Shown one piece after another: positions 1 to 11,154 of a stretch of 64,000 nucleotides of DNA. The translations under genes and the position numbers were made by a program. Origin of the DNA: an uncultured candidatus Porisulfidus sp. Lineage in GTDB: Bacteria; Pseudomonadota; Gammaproteobacteria; Poriferisulfidales; Poriferisulfidaceae. Location: contig OZ241993.1 in assembly GCA_965204575.1 (NCBI GenBank), forward strand, positions 416,001 through 480,000, read 5' to 3'. Under the pieces are notes generated by a model. It saw only the letters and a program-made list of their open reading frames with translations, was not told where the DNA came from and made no database searches. Within the stretch, counting starts at the first letter, position 1. Each line of letters opens with the position of its first letter.

Positions 1-11
1 GGGGCCTTCAA

Positions 12-1418
12 ATGGAGCCCGAACTCATGCGGGATCTTGCGCAAAAGGCGGCAGAGCTTGTAGTGGAATGGATGGAAGAGATGCCCAAGCAGAATGCCTG
101 GGATGGAGAGTTCAAGAAGGAGCTTGAAGATCGATTGATGGAGGACGCGCCGGAGGAAGGAAGACCTGCGACGGAAATCCTCGAACAGGTCGCGCACGAC
201 ATTCTTCCCGTTGCGGCACGGCATGCGCACCCCCGGTTTTTTGCGTTTATCCCGTCGTCTCCCACATGGCCCGGAGTGCTGGCCGATTTCATGGCGGCGG
301 GATACAACATCAATTCGGCGACCTGGCTGACCGCAAGCGGACCAAGCCAGATCGAACTGACGGTCATCGACTGGTTCCGGCGCTGGCTGGGTTACCCGAA
401 TAGTGCCGGCGGGCTTCTCACAAGCGGGGGGTCGGCGGCCAGCCTGGATGCTCTCGTTGCGGCACGGGAAGCCGCGGGCAACCCCGAGCGGGGAGTCGTG
501 TATATGAGCGATCAGAGCCATACCGTGCAGGTCCGAGCGGCAAAGATCGTGGGCGTGCGACCGGAACACATACGCATGATTCCATGCGATGAGTGCTTCC
601 GCATCGATATGAAGGCTCTGGTCCGTGCCGTAGCCGAAGACCGTGCTGCGGGGCTCAACCCTATTGCCGTGTGCGCCAATGCGGGAACCTCCAGTACCGG
701 GGCGGTCGACCCGCTTGAGGCCATGGCGGACTTCTGCGAGAAACAGGGCATTTGGTTGCACGTGGATGCCGCCTACGGAGGTTTTGCGGTCGTGACCCAG
801 AAAGGAAAGAAACTATTGCGTGGAATCGAACGTGCGGATTCGGTTGTGCTGGATGCCCACAAGTGGTTTTTCCAGCCGTATGAAGCGGGCGGCCTCTTGG
901 TCAAGGACATCCGTACTCTTGAGCATGCATTCACAATCCACCACGATGTTCTCCAGGACACGCTTTGGGGCGCGGATCACCCGAATTTTTCTGATTACGG
1001 CCTGCAGCTGAGCCGTTCGTTCAGAGCCTTGAAAATCTGGATGTCCGTCCAGACCTTCGGTCTGGCGGCATTCCGGAAGGCGGTATCAAAAGGAATGGAA
1101 CTGGCCAGCCGGGCGGGCGAATATGTCGAAGAAAACAAGAATTTCGATCTCCTGGGCCCGGTAACCCTGAGTGTCGTCTGTTTTCGGATTAATCCCGCTG
1201 AGGCTCATCTCGACGAGGAGGCTTTAGAAGCAATCAACCGGGCCGTGCTGGCTCGCATCTTCTGGGACAACCGTGCACTCATGTCGTCGACAACGCTTGG
1301 AAAGACCTTTTCGCTCAGGCTTTGCATCCTGAACCACACGACCGCCTGGAGCGATGTGCGTGAAACCTTGGAAGCAATTGAACGGTTCGGGGAAGAAGCG
1401 TTGGAGGCCCAAAAATAA
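12..1418 (+). CDS. PLP-dependent group II decarboxylase (aromatic L-amino acid decarboxylase family)
   Basis: HPRFFAF, TSGGS, WLHVDAAYGG and DAHKW (PLP lysine) motifs; 468 aa. Confidence 0.9.
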   Translation: MEPELMRDLAQKAAELVVEWMEEMPKQNAWDGEFKKELEDRLMEDAPEEGRPATEILEQVAHDILPVAARHAHPRFFAFIPSSPTWPGVLADFMAAGYNINSATWLTASGPSQIELTVIDWFRRWLGYPNSAGGLLTSGGSAASLDALVAAREAAGNPERGVVYMSDQSHTVQVRAAKIVGVRPEHIRMIPCDECFRIDMKALVRAVAEDRAAGLNPIAVCANAGTSSTGAVDPLEAMADFCEKQGIWLHVDAAYGGFAVVTQKGKKLLRGIERADSVVLDAHKWFFQPYEAGGLLVKDIRTLEHAFTIHHDVLQDTLWGADHPNFSDYGLQLSRSFRALKIWMSVQTFGLAAFRKAVSKGMELASRAGEYVEENKNFDLLGPVTLSVVCFRINPAEAHLDEEALEAINRAVLARIFWDNRALMSSTTLGKTFSLRLCILNHTTAWSDVRETLEAIERFGEEALEAQK

Positions 1419-2340
1419 TGGACTGATATGAAATCTTACAGAAGGCTGATATGAACGATATGGCGAGAACCATTCTTCCTTATAGCAGTTTGATTTTGGC
1501 CTTCTGATTATAGTTCTATCAGCGAACAGGCGGTGCAGAAAATATAGCCCCCTCTCGATATGAAGAACGATGTGATTCTTGTTCTTCCTTTATGTGTTCT
1601 TCCTCAATAATGTCATGCGTGACATCCTCATGGCGTGAATTAAACAAAAAAATGCCCGCAAGCAACACTACAAACATGACTATAACCCACATCGGATAAG
1701 ACGGCCTTGATGATGATTCAGAATCTGGTGTCTCTGCGCCGTGCACAGAGCGGGGCGCACTGTATATGTATAGGGACTGAGGTGTGGTTACAGGTTCAGA
1801 ATTATCAACTTTAACAGCCTTATCCTTGACATTGACAGAATGCCATATCCTTTTCTTTTTGCCATGCTTCCAAGCCCTAGGGTCGTAAGCAGTTTTGTCT
1901 CTCCACATTCCTTTCTTGTTGAAATAGGCAAAAGCTTCATCTTCCCAGTACTGTTCCCCAAAGGCAGAAATTGCCCATCCTTCTCTGACCATAAATTGAT
2001 TTATGTTCTTACCCCCATAAAACACAGTCCCAATTTTCCTTCCAAATTTATCCTCTCCATGAACCATTACCTCTACACGCTTGTTACCTATTTTCTTGCA
2101 CAACATTCTTTTTACGACTTCACCTTGCGGGTACTCCGTACCATCCCAACGCACCGCTATCTGGTCGCTTTCCGGCGCATCTAACCCGGCCAGCCTTATG
2201 CGCTCTCCATTTACCGATATATCATCGGCATCGACAACCCAACACTTGCCACGAATGGTATAGGTTGAGTCCGTCTCCCTTGCCCTAGCCATTCAAATCC
2301 CGCACAAATCCTGAAAAAAAGCCTTCTGTAAGATTGTCCC
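1419..2340. mobile_element. Non-autonomous TIR-bounded cassette carrying a thermonuclease gene
   Basis: Perfect 16-bp inverted repeat AATCTTACAGAAGGCT (1432-1447) / AGCCTTCTGTAAGATT (2320-2335); ends TGGAC.../...GTCCC; direct repeat AAAAATAA at 1411-1418 and 2341-2348; visibly AT-richer than the flanks; no transposase. Confidence 0.8.
1519..2292 (-). CDS. Thermonuclease (SNase-like) family protein with C-terminal transmembrane segment
   Basis: VVDADDI, IRLAGLDAPE, DKFGR and NQFMVREGWA SNase motifs; hydrophobic stretch WVIVMFVVLLAGIFLF. Confidence 0.85.
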   Translation of the reverse strand: MARARETDSTYTIRGKCWVVDADDISVNGERIRLAGLDAPESDQIAVRWDGTEYPQGEVVKRMLCKKIGNKRVEVMVHGEDKFGRKIGTVFYGGKNINQFMVREGWAISAFGEQYWEDEAFAYFNKKGMWRDKTAYDPRAWKHGKKKRIWHSVNVKDKAVKVDNSEPVTTPQSLYIYSAPRSVHGAETPDSESSSRPSYPMWVIVMFVVLLAGIFLFNSRHEDVTHDIIEEEHIKEEQESHRSSYREGAIFSAPPVR

Positions 2341-2373
2341 AAAAATAACTCTGATATTCGTTGACCCGCTCCA

Positions 2374-3801
2374 TCAGTTGGAGCAACCCAGGACCACCTT
2401 GACTTCGAGGAACTCCTCTAGACCGTATCGCCCCGCCTCACGGCCGTTGCCGGACTGTTTATACCCCCCGAACGGTGCTTCGCTGGATGGTTGCGCTCCA
2501 TTGAGGTAAACGTTGCCGGTCCGAATGCGACGGGCTATGGCCTGCGCATGCTCAAGATTGCCCGAGGAGATATAGCCAGACAACCCGTATACCGTGTCGT
2601 TCGCAATCCGCACGGCATCCTCCTCGTCCGCATAACCGATCAGAGAGAGCACCGGACCGAAAATTTCCTGCCGTGCAATCTTCATTTCATTGTTCACGCG
2701 GGAGAACACCGTCGGCTTCACATAGTAGCCAACATTCAGGCCGTCCGGGCGACCGATGCCGCCCGTCACCAACTCGGCACCTTCGTCTATGCCAGCCTGA
2801 ATCAAGCCCTGAACCCGGTCGAACTGCGATTCGGAAACAACGGGACCCATCGTTGTGCCCGCGGCATTGGGATCCCCCACCTTCACTCCTTCTGCCGCTT
2901 CCCTGGCAATCGCCGCCGCTTCCTCCATGCGCGATTCAGGCACCAGCATCCGCGACGGAGCAATGCAGGACTGGCCCGAGTTCGTGCACAACCAAGAGAC
3001 ATCGCGTGGAATCGCTTCCCGGAAATCCGCGTCGTCGAGCAGAATATTGGCGGACTTGCCGCCCAACTCTTGTGCGACCCGCTTGACGGTCTGCGCCGCA
3101 TTGCGCGCAACCTCGATGCCCGCTCGCGTCGAGCCGGTGAATGAAACCATGTCGATGTCGGGGTGCGAGGCAAGGGCCGCACCGACCGTGGGGCCTTCGC
3201 CGTTCACGAGGTTGAACACCCCTGGCGGGACCCCTGCGGCATCCAGGATTTCGGCGAACAGAATTGCGTTGAACGGGGCAATTTCGGAAGGTTTCAAGAT
3301 CATCGTGCAGCCCGCCGCCAGTGCCGGCGCGACCTTGCAGGCGATCTGGTTCATGGGCCAATTCCACGGAGTGATAAACCCGCAAACTCCAACAGGTTCG
3401 CGCATGATGCGGGAAGAACCCAAGCCTTCCTCGAATTTGAATTCACGCAAAACGTCAAGCGTTGTGATCAGGTGGTCCAATCCCATGGGGACTTGGGCCG
3501 AATGCGCGAGATTGATCGGCGCACCCATTTCTTCGCTGATCGTTGCCGCAATCTCATCGGAACGAGCCTTGTAGTGATCGATGATGTTTCCCAACAATTC
3601 AACCCGCTCCTTCCGCGAGGTCCGCGAATAGGAATCAAAGGCGGATTTTGCTGCAGCGACGGCTTTGTCGACATCTTCTGGGTTCCCCATCGCCACGGAA
3701 CCGATAATTTCCTCTGTCGCAGGATTAATGACTTCCAGGGCCTGATTTGCCAGGGACTCGACCCATTCACCATTGATATAAAACTGGGTCCGGTTCTTCA
3801 T
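2374..3801 (-). CDS. Aldehyde dehydrogenase family protein
   Basis: ITPWNWP, FTGS, ELGGKS, catalytic Cys in GQSC, EIFGPV and PFGGYKQSG. Confidence 0.95.
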   Translation of the reverse strand: MKNRTQFYINGEWVESLANQALEVINPATEEIIGSVAMGNPEDVDKAVAAAKSAFDSYSRTSRKERVELLGNIIDHYKARSDEIAATISEEMGAPINLAHSAQVPMGLDHLITTLDVLREFKFEEGLGSSRIMREPVGVCGFITPWNWPMNQIACKVAPALAAGCTMILKPSEIAPFNAILFAEILDAAGVPPGVFNLVNGEGPTVGAALASHPDIDMVSFTGSTRAGIEVARNAAQTVKRVAQELGGKSANILLDDADFREAIPRDVSWLCTNSGQSCIAPSRMLVPESRMEEAAAIAREAAEGVKVGDPNAAGTTMGPVVSESQFDRVQGLIQAGIDEGAELVTGGIGRPDGLNVGYYVKPTVFSRVNNEMKIARQEIFGPVLSLIGYADEEDAVRIANDTVYGLSGYISSGNLEHAQAIARRIRTGNVYLNGAQPSSEAPFGGYKQSGNGREAGRYGLEEFLEVKVVLGCSN

Positions 3802-3989
3802 CAGAGTTTCTCCGTTTTATGCAGAAGACTTCGCAAGTTGCATAAGGTAAACGAGCATACAAAATTCTACAGGACATTTAGCCCCGATTTATCAGAATCG
3901 CTCTTTCAAATTAAAAGCAGAAGCTGTGTCCCTCAGGGTCAGGGTCGAATCCCTAAGGTGAAGCGCGGCGCGGCTGGATCAACCTCTGC

Positions 3990-5066
3990 TCACTTGAGCA
4001 GCCAAGCGTTGAATCGTTCGTTCAATTCGTCGATCCGGTCCGCCCAGAACTCCTTGTCGTTCCAGACTGCGTTGCGAATGTTGTCCGGCGCGGTCGGCAT
4101 GAGCGGGCGCATGTCCAGCCCCGGGTCGGCATGATAGGCGCCGATCATCGCAGACGCGGAGCGGCGCACCGGCGCGTAGGAGATCCACGAGGCCTGCACC
4201 GCCATGTTCTCCGGTGCAGAAACGAATGCCAGGAAATCCAAGGCCAGTTCCAAGTCCGGCGTATCCTTCACGATCGCCCAACTGTTGACCGTCAGCACCT
4301 GTGCGTCCCAGACCACCTCCAGCGACTGTCCTTCCGCTACGGCTGCGTTGAAGATGCGTCCGTTGTAGGCGGTACTCATCACCACCTCGCCATCCACCAG
4401 CAGTTGCGGAGGCTGCGCCCCGGACTCCCACCATACGACGTGCTCCTTGATGGTGTCCAGTTTGGCGAATGCGCGGTCCACCCCCTCCGGCGTCTGCAAC
4501 ACCTCGTAGACTTTTTCCGGCGATACGCCATCGGCAACCAGCGCCATCTCCAGGTTGGCCTTGGGAACCTTGCGCATGCTGCGTCGCCCGGGAAACTTCT
4601 CTAGATCGAAAAAATCGCCGATCGTGGCCGGCGCAGGCGACAACCGGTCCCGGTCGTAGGCGAACACCGTCGACCACACGATGGTGCCGACCGCACAGTC
4701 GCTGATCGTGCCATCGTAAAAGTCCTCTGCGGCCGGGGTGCCATCTGGCGCCGACGGCAGGATGGCGGGGTCGATCTCCTCGTGCAGCCCTTCGTCACAA
4801 CCCAGCAACACTTCAGCGGCCTGGGAATCCACGACGTCCCAAGTCACCTGGCCGGCCTGGACCTGCGCCTTGATTTCGGCAAGCCCACCGTTGTAGTCCT
4901 CGGACAGGATGCGGTGTCCGGTCTTGGCCATCCACGGCTTGTGATAGGCCTCGACCTGGCTCTGAGTGTAGGCGCCCCCGAAGGAAACCACGGTCAGTTC
5001 GCCCGCCAACGCGGTGCCTGTTACGAGGCCTAGAACCGCAACATAAGGAAACAGACGGGGTTTCAT
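3990..5066 (-). CDS. ABC transporter substrate-binding protein (polyamine/PotD-PotF-like)
   Basis: Signal peptide MKPRLFPYVAVLGLVTGTALA, then LTVVSFGG, WDVVD, AYNGRI and a C-terminal ERFNAWL; start re-called at ATG 5066. Confidence 0.85.
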   Translation of the reverse strand: MKPRLFPYVAVLGLVTGTALAGELTVVSFGGAYTQSQVEAYHKPWMAKTGHRILSEDYNGGLAEIKAQVQAGQVTWDVVDSQAAEVLLGCDEGLHEEIDPAILPSAPDGTPAAEDFYDGTISDCAVGTIVWSTVFAYDRDRLSPAPATIGDFFDLEKFPGRRSMRKVPKANLEMALVADGVSPEKVYEVLQTPEGVDRAFAKLDTIKEHVVWWESGAQPPQLLVDGEVVMSTAYNGRIFNAAVAEGQSLEVVWDAQVLTVNSWAIVKDTPDLELALDFLAFVSAPENMAVQASWISYAPVRRSASAMIGAYHADPGLDMRPLMPTAPDNIRNAVWNDKEFWADRIDELNERFNAWLLK

Positions 5067-5092
5067 GATGACATCACAGGCATTGCGCAACC

Positions 5093-5566
5093 TTATGGCG
5101 AAGTCCGGCGAAGACTCAGGAAAATAAGCACAACGACTCCTATGGTAATGGCCGAATCGGCTAGGTTGAAGGTCGGCCAGTGCCAACCGCGGTAATGCAG
5201 CACGATAAAGTCCGTTACCGCGCCCGTGGATAGACGGTCGACCAAGTTGCCAGCCGCACCGCCCAAGATTAACGCAAGCGGCCACAGCAACCGCCGTTCC
5301 TCGGAGGTCAGGCGATGAATCCACACGCCCAGCCAAGTCATGATCGCGATGCTGACCACCGACAGGAATCCACGCTGCCAGCCCCCGGCATCGTGCAAAA
5401 GGCTGAACGCGGCCCCCGTGTTGTAGGTGAGTTGCAGGGACAGGAAGGGAAGCAGCACTAATTCCTGATGCAGCGCAAAAGCACGTTCAATCAATAACTT
5501 ACTCAGCTGATCCAGCACCAGCACTCCGCCCGCCACCGGAAGTGCCAAGCGCCACGAATCAGACAT
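5093..5566 (-). CDS. lspA: Lipoprotein signal peptidase II
   Basis: DQLSK, NTGAAFS, GNLVDR, VTDFI and FNLAD motifs; directly downstream of ileS. Confidence 0.97.
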   Translation of the reverse strand: MSDSWRLALPVAGGVLVLDQLSKLLIERAFALHQELVLLPFLSLQLTYNTGAAFSLLHDAGGWQRGFLSVVSIAIMTWLGVWIHRLTSEERRLLWPLALILGGAAGNLVDRLSTGAVTDFIVLHYRGWHWPTFNLADSAITIGVVVLIFLSLRRTSP

Positions 5567-8366
5567 ATTGCCGTTCCTCGCCTTCTCCTTCTATATTGGT
5601 GAGGCAGCGCGCGCACAACTCCGGATGGCCGTCGAGGCTGCCGACCGTCGGGTCATGGTGCCAGCACCGGACGCATTTGGAATGCGGACTGGGAACGGCC
5701 GCGACACGCAGCGTGCCGGCCCGGGGCATTTGATGGGTTTGCGCGTCGGGGGCGGGGGTGTCGCCCAGTCGTGCGTCGGAGGTGATGAACAGGAAGTGCA
5801 GTTCCGGCCCGAGTTTCTCCAGCAACTCGGCCGCCTCAGGTTCCGCGGTCAGCACTACCTCGGCATCCAGTGCGGCCCCGATCACATCGGCCTGACGCAT
5901 GGGCTCCAGCGTCTGGCTGACCGCCTGGCGGACTTCTAGGAGGGTCTCCCAGTCCTCGTCGGAAAATTCGGAGGAAACGTCACGGTAGGCTTCGAGATCA
6001 AACCATTCGGTGAGGTGCACCGAATCCTCGCGCGGCCCCGGGAGATGTTCGTAGATCTCGTCGGCGGTGAACGGGCAGATCGGCGCAAGCCAGCGGCACA
6101 TCGCTTCGGCCAGAAGGAACATGGCGCTCTGCGCGCTGCGCCGAGCCGGGTGGTTGGCCGAGAGCGTGTAGGTGCGATCCTTGGTCACGTCGAGATACAG
6201 GCTGCCGAGCTCATTGACGCAGAACGTGTGCAGGCGCTGGCAGATGGTGTGGAACCGGTAGCACTGGAAATCCTCGCGGATCGCCGCATCATGGGCGGCG
6301 GCTTTCTTCAGGATCCACTGGTCCAGGGCCAGCATGTCCGCCGGTGCGCACAAGTCGACGGCAGGGTCAAAATCGTGCAGGCTCGCCAGCAGGTAGCGCG
6401 CGGTGTTCCGGATCCGGCGATAGGTCTCGGCGGTATGCCCCAGGATCTCATCCGATACCGCCAGTTCGCCACTGGTATCGGTGGAGGCTACCCACAGGCG
6501 CAGGATGTCCGCACCCAGGCTATCCACGATCTTCTGGGGTTTAACAATGTTTCCGCGCGACTTGGACATCTTGTGGCCATGCGCGTCAACGACAAAACCG
6601 TGCGTCAGGACCTGCCGGTACGGCGGCGCATCGTTCAGCGCCACACCGGTCAACAGCGAGGACTGGAACCAGCCGCGATGCTGGTCCGACCCTTCCAGGT
6701 AAAGATCGACTTGCGTGCCCTCGCCGTACTCTTCGGCCATCACGGTGCGGTGGGTCACTCCGGAATCGAACCAGACGTCCAGGGTGTCTTGCGACTTCGC
6801 GTACTCGGATGCCTGATCGCCCAGCAATTCTTCCGGTTCCAGGTCGAACCACGCATCGATGCCATCCTGCTCGATGCGGCGCGCCACCTCTTCGAGCAAT
6901 GCCGGCGTGTCCGGATGCAGCTCGCCGTTGTCATGGCGCCAGAACAACGGGATGGGCGAACCCCAGTTGCGTTGCCGACTGATGCACCAGTCCGGGCGCC
7001 CCGTCAGCATCCCGCGAATGCGCTCCCGGCCCCAAGCCGGGTACCAGGCCACTTGATCCGTGGCGGCCAAGGCATGGTCGCGCAAGTCGTGCGTGTCCAT
7101 GTCGATGAACCACTGCGCGGCGGCGCGATACAACAAGGGCGTGTGATGCCGCCAGCAGTGCGGATAGCTGTGCGAATACTTGGCCTCCGCCAACAGCCGC
7201 CCAGACTGTCCTAATACTTCAAGGATGCGCGGGTTGGCCTCGGCCACGCCGAGACCGCCGACTTCCGGCGTATCGGCGCGGAAGCGTCCATCCTCTTCCA
7301 CCGGGCAGTCCACCGGCAAGCCGAACCGGAGCCCGACCGCATGGTCTTCCGGCCCGTGCGCGGGTGCCGTATGCACGCAGCCCGTGCCTTCTTCGGCGGT
7401 GACGTGCTCCCCGGTGATGATCGGCACGGTCTTGTCCAGAAACGGATGCTGGAGGGGAATGCCTTCCAGCCGGTCTCCGCGAACCGAAGCCCCCTTGATT
7501 GCATCGGCGCCGACCCGCTCGCAGAAAACCTCGCGAAGGGCTGCGGCCACCAGCAGCCGGCGCCCTTCCCGTTCGACCAGCACATACTCGAGCTCCGGAT
7601 GCAGGCAGACCGCTTCGTTGGCCAACAGGGTCCAGGGGGTGGTCGTCCAGATCGCCACCGAGACCTCGAAATCCCCTGATATATCAAAGGCCTGTACCAG
7701 TGCCGAATCGGCCGCGTCGAAGCAGACGTCGATCGACGGAGAAACATGATCCTTGTATTCGACTTCGGCCTCGGCCAGGGCCGAACGGCAATCAGCGCAC
7801 CAGTACACGGGTTTGTAACCCCGCGTCAGATAACCGGACTCCAGCAGCTTGCCCAATGCCCGCACGATGCCGGCCTCGGTCTTGGGCGCCATGGTCAGGT
7901 AGGGATCGTCCCACTGCCCCAGCACACCTAGTCGGACGAAATCCTGACGCTGTTCGTCCACTTGCTGGGTTGCATAGTTGCGGCAGGCAAGCCGGAATCT
8001 GCGGCCATCCGCCTGCTCCTTATCCGACAAAGTTTTTTCGATCTGCAACTCGATCGGGAGACCGTGGCAGTCCCAGCCCGGGCGGTACGGGGCGTCCAAA
8101 CCGTCCAGGCTCCGAGAACGCACCACGATGTCCTTTAGCGTCTTGTTCACCGCGTGGCCCATGTGGAGCTTGCCGTTGGCGTACGGCGGGCCGTCGTGCA
8201 GGACGAAGCGGTCCCGGCCCCGCCGGGCATCTCTCAGACGGCCGTAGAGGTCCAGTTCCTGCCACCGTTGCAGTCGCTCGGGTTCGCGTTTCGCGAGATT
8301 CCCGCGCATCGGGAAATCGGTGCGCGGCAGGTTCAGCGTATCGCGGTACGGGTTAGGTGGAGCCAT
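5559..8366 (-). CDS. ileS: Isoleucine--tRNA ligase
   Basis: [31 protein letters not shown] and C-terminal Zn-finger. Confidence 0.98.
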   Translation of the reverse strand: MAPPNPYRDTLNLPRTDFPMRGNLAKREPERLQRWQELDLYGRLRDARRGRDRFVLHDGPPYANGKLHMGHAVNKTLKDIVVRSRSLDGLDAPYRPGWDCHGLPIELQIEKTLSDKEQADGRRFRLACRNYATQQVDEQRQDFVRLGVLGQWDDPYLTMAPKTEAGIVRALGKLLESGYLTRGYKPVYWCADCRSALAEAEVEYKDHVSPSIDVCFDAADSALVQAFDISGDFEVSVAIWTTTPWTLLANEAVCLHPELEYVLVEREGRRLLVAAALREVFCERVGADAIKGASVRGDRLEGIPLQHPFLDKTVPIITGEHVTAEEGTGCVHTAPAHGPEDHAVGLRFGLPVDCPVEEDGRFRADTPEVGGLGVAEANPRILEVLGQSGRLLAEAKYSHSYPHCWRHHTPLLYRAAAQWFIDMDTHDLRDHALAATDQVAWYPAWGRERIRGMLTGRPDWCISRQRNWGSPIPLFWRHDNGELHPDTPALLEEVARRIEQDGIDAWFDLEPEELLGDQASEYAKSQDTLDVWFDSGVTHRTVMAEEYGEGTQVDLYLEGSDQHRGWFQSSLLTGVALNDAPPYRQVLTHGFVVDAHGHKMSKSRGNIVKPQKIVDSLGADILRLWVASTDTSGELAVSDEILGHTAETYRRIRNTARYLLASLHDFDPAVDLCAPADMLALDQWILKKAAAHDAAIREDFQCYRFHTICQRLHTFCVNELGSLYLDVTKDRTYTLSANHPARRSAQSAMFLLAEAMCRWLAPICPFTADEIYEHLPGPREDSVHLTEWFDLEAYRDVSSEFSDEDWETLLEVRQAVSQTLEPMRQADVIGAALDAEVVLTAEPEAAELLEKLGPELHFLFITSDARLGDTPAPDAQTHQMPRAGTLRVAAVPSPHSKCVRCWHHDPTVGSLDGHPELCARCLTNIEGEGEERQYV

Positions 8367-9321
8367 CAGCAAAAAACTCTCGGGCGGCTTCTATGTCGTA
8401 GCCGATCTGTTCGCGCAGGCGATCGACCGAGTCAAAACGCTGCTCGGCGCGCAGACGCTGGTGAAAGCGCACGGTCATGCGCTGACCGTACAGATCGCCG
8501 GCAAAGTCTAACAGGTGGGCCTCGATCAGCAAGCGCGTGCCGTCCACGGTCGGTCGGGTCCCCACGTTGGCGACGCCTTGGCAAAAACGGTCGCCCAGTT
8601 GGCAGGTCACCGTGAAGACGCCCCGCATCGGCGGGTTATGCGGAAAATCGAGGTTGGCGGTGGGGAAACCGATTTCGCGCCCGCGCCGGTCTCCTTCGAC
8701 CACTTCGGCGCAGATCTCGAACGGATGCCCAAGCAAATATTCCGCCTCTGGAACATTGCCGTCTGCAAGTGCCGCACGAATGCGGGTGCTGCTCACCCGG
8801 CTTCCGTCCAGCTCGAAAATGGGGGTTGCCTCAAGCTCGAAGCCGCAGGCCGAAGATTCAGTCCCAAGCAATGCAAAATCCCCAACGCGATCACGACCGA
8901 AGCGGAAATCCTCGCCGATCGTGAGATAGCGCATGCCGAGGCGACCGACCAGCAGGTCCCGCACGAACTCCTGCGCGCCGATGGCAGCGGTTTTCGCATT
9001 GAACGGAAGCGCCACAAAGTGGTCGAGCGCAGGAAACATCTGTTCGGCAAGCCGTTTTTTGTCGTCAAGCGATCCGATCCGCGGCGCGTTTTCCATGCCC
9101 CTGAAGAACTCCTGAGGCGAGGGTTCCAGAGTCAGCAGTATGGATTCCAACCCGCGGTCAGCGGCGGCGTTCAAGAGTTGTTTCAACACCGACTGGTGCC
9201 CAAGATGCAGCCCGTCGTAGTTGCCAATCGTGACCGCACAGGGCCGATGGGCCGGCAACAGCGCATCAAACGCTGGTTCCTGCCCCTGGGCGCCAGAGGA
9301 AGATTCTGAGGAAGCGTTCAC
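8353..9321 (-). CDS. ribF: Bifunctional riboflavin kinase/FAD synthetase
   Basis: [22 protein letters not shown] and NVGTRPT; conserved murJ-ribF-ileS-lspA order. Confidence 0.96.
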   Translation of the reverse strand: MNASSESSSGAQGQEPAFDALLPAHRPCAVTIGNYDGLHLGHQSVLKQLLNAAADRGLESILLTLEPSPQEFFRGMENAPRIGSLDDKKRLAEQMFPALDHFVALPFNAKTAAIGAQEFVRDLLVGRLGMRYLTIGEDFRFGRDRVGDFALLGTESSACGFELEATPIFELDGSRVSSTRIRAALADGNVPEAEYLLGHPFEICAEVVEGDRRGREIGFPTANLDFPHNPPMRGVFTVTCQLGDRFCQGVANVGTRPTVDGTRLLIEAHLLDFAGDLYGQRMTVRFHQRLRAEQRFDSVDRLREQIGYDIEAAREFFADGST

Positions 9322-10901
9322 GCGGCGGTTTTCCCGGACAGAGACTGAATTCGAAAGTCGCTAATGCGGACACCTGAAATCCATAGCGTGGCCGTGTAGA
9401 CGACTGCACCCAGAAGAATCAACTCGACCAGTTGAAGCAGGCGCCCGGCAAACTCGAGGCGGGTCCACTCGAGGGTTTCCGGAATGAGCGGCCACAGCAC
9501 GGCCGCCATGGCCGCGCAGGACAAGCTGACTCGTATCGACAAGGCAGCTGTCGCCCGGTTGCCGGAATAAAAGTCGCGCGCGCGCAGTTTGCGATACAGG
9601 AGCCCGGCGTTCAGGTAGGCCGCGAGGGCCGTTGCGAGGGCCAAGGCAACGTGCGGGCCTTCCAGATCCGCGGTGAACCAGACCAGCAAACCGATGCCGG
9701 TCAACGCCATGTTGGCCAGCATCGCAATCACGCCGATTCGCACCGGGGTGCGGGTGTCCTGGTGGGCGAAGAACCCGGGCGCGAACACCTTGACCAAGAT
9801 GAACGCAGGCAGGCCCAGTGCGAACGCGGTCAGCGCGAGCCCGGCCATGCGGGTGTCGAACATCGAGAACTCCCGGTACTGCAGCAGCGTCGCCAGAATC
9901 GGCTCGGCCAGTAGTGCCAGACCGACGGCGGACGGCAGCGCGACAGCCAGCCCGACCCGGACCCCCCACTCAAGCCCGGCCTGGAACCCTTCCCCGTCAC
10001 TGCGGGCGCTGCACTCGGACAGCCGGGGCAGCAGGACCGTGGCCGTGGAAATCCCGAACAACGCCAGCGGCAACTCCACGAACCGGTCCGACAGGTACAG
10101 CCAACTGATGCTGCCGACCGCCAGGAAGGAAGCCACCAGGGTGTCGAACAGCAGGTTGATCTGAACCACCGAAGAACCGAACAGGGCCGGGAGCATCAGC
10201 TTGGCGATACGGCGGAACCCGGGGTGATGCCAATCCAGCCGGGGCCGTGGCAACAGCCCCTGCCGATGCAGCCAGGGCAACTGGACCGCCAGCTGCAGGA
10301 CGCCGGCCCCGAAGACCCCCCAGGCCAGCGCGTACACCGGCTGCTCGAGCCTCGGCGCGAGCCACAGCACGGCCGCGATCAGCGACAGGTTGAGCAGTGC
10401 CGGCGTGATCGCGGGCAAGGCGAAGCGCCCGAGCGCGTTGAACATGCTCCCCGCCATGGCGGTCAGCGAAATGAACAGGACGTAAGGAAAAGTGATGCGA
10501 AGCAGGTCGCCGGCGACGTCGGCGCGCGGGTCGCCGTCCATCGCGAAACCCGGCGCGAAAATCATGATCAGCAGGGGTGCCGCGAGGATGCCGAGCGCGG
10601 TGATGAGGACCAGTACCGCCGCCAGCGCACCGGCCGTGGCATCGATGAGGGAATTGAGTTGTTCGGGTTTTTGCTCGCGGTATTCCACGAACACCGGTAC
10701 GAACGCTTGCGAAAACGCGCCTTCGGCGGACAGGCGGCGCAGGAAATTCGGAATGCGGAAAGCGACGAAAAACGCGTCCAGCGCACCATGCGCGTTGCTG
10801 ATGAAGATGAACACCACCGCATCGCGGGCATAGCCCAGCAACCGGGAAAGCGATGTCATGAACGCCGTGGTGGCCAGAGAACGGAATAGCCGGATCATCA
10901 A
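9318..10901 (-). CDS. murJ: Lipid II flippase
   Basis: SRLLGYARD, AFRIPNFLRRL.AEGAFSQAFVP and DTRTPVRI motifs. Confidence 0.97.
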   Translation of the reverse strand: MMIRLFRSLATTAFMTSLSRLLGYARDAVVFIFISNAHGALDAFFVAFRIPNFLRRLSAEGAFSQAFVPVFVEYREQKPEQLNSLIDATAGALAAVLVLITALGILAAPLLIMIFAPGFAMDGDPRADVAGDLLRITFPYVLFISLTAMAGSMFNALGRFALPAITPALLNLSLIAAVLWLAPRLEQPVYALAWGVFGAGVLQLAVQLPWLHRQGLLPRPRLDWHHPGFRRIAKLMLPALFGSSVVQINLLFDTLVASFLAVGSISWLYLSDRFVELPLALFGISTATVLLPRLSECSARSDGEGFQAGLEWGVRVGLAVALPSAVGLALLAEPILATLLQYREFSMFDTRMAGLALTAFALGLPAFILVKVFAPGFFAHQDTRTPVRIGVIAMLANMALTGIGLLVWFTADLEGPHVALALATALAAYLNAGLLYRKLRARDFYSGNRATAALSIRVSLSCAAMAAVLWPLIPETLEWTRLEFAGRLLQLVELILLGAVVYTATLWISGVRISDFRIQSLSGKTAA

Positions 10902-11028
10902 AAAGGCGGCCGGGCGGCGCAGGTGGAGAGTCTGCCTATTATAGGGAGTACAGGTCGCATAACCGGGTTGGAATCAGGCCACGAAAGAGCCGTGGCTGAC
11001 TCGCGGAGAACGGTTTAGGGTTGTGCTA

Positions 11029-11057
11029 TTGACAAGGGTTGGTCTGGAGGTTTCAAT
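11029..11057 (+). promoter_or_regulatory. Candidate sigma70 promoter divergent from murJ
   Basis: TTGACA (11029-11034), 17-bp spacer, TTCAAT (11052-11057). Confidence 0.45.
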
Positions 11058-11154
11058 AAGGCTCAAGCGATTTTCGCAGGAGATCAACCCCCCTTTGTCG
11101 CAAATATGACAGAACTAAAATAGAGGTTGAACATCATTCGCTGGAAATCCCAAC

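Noticed and set aside
3817-3845. Inverted repeat TTATGCA...TGCATAA upstream of the aldehyde dehydrogenase
   Set aside because: Only 7-bp arms and no adjacent regulator; may be an operator but is unsupported.
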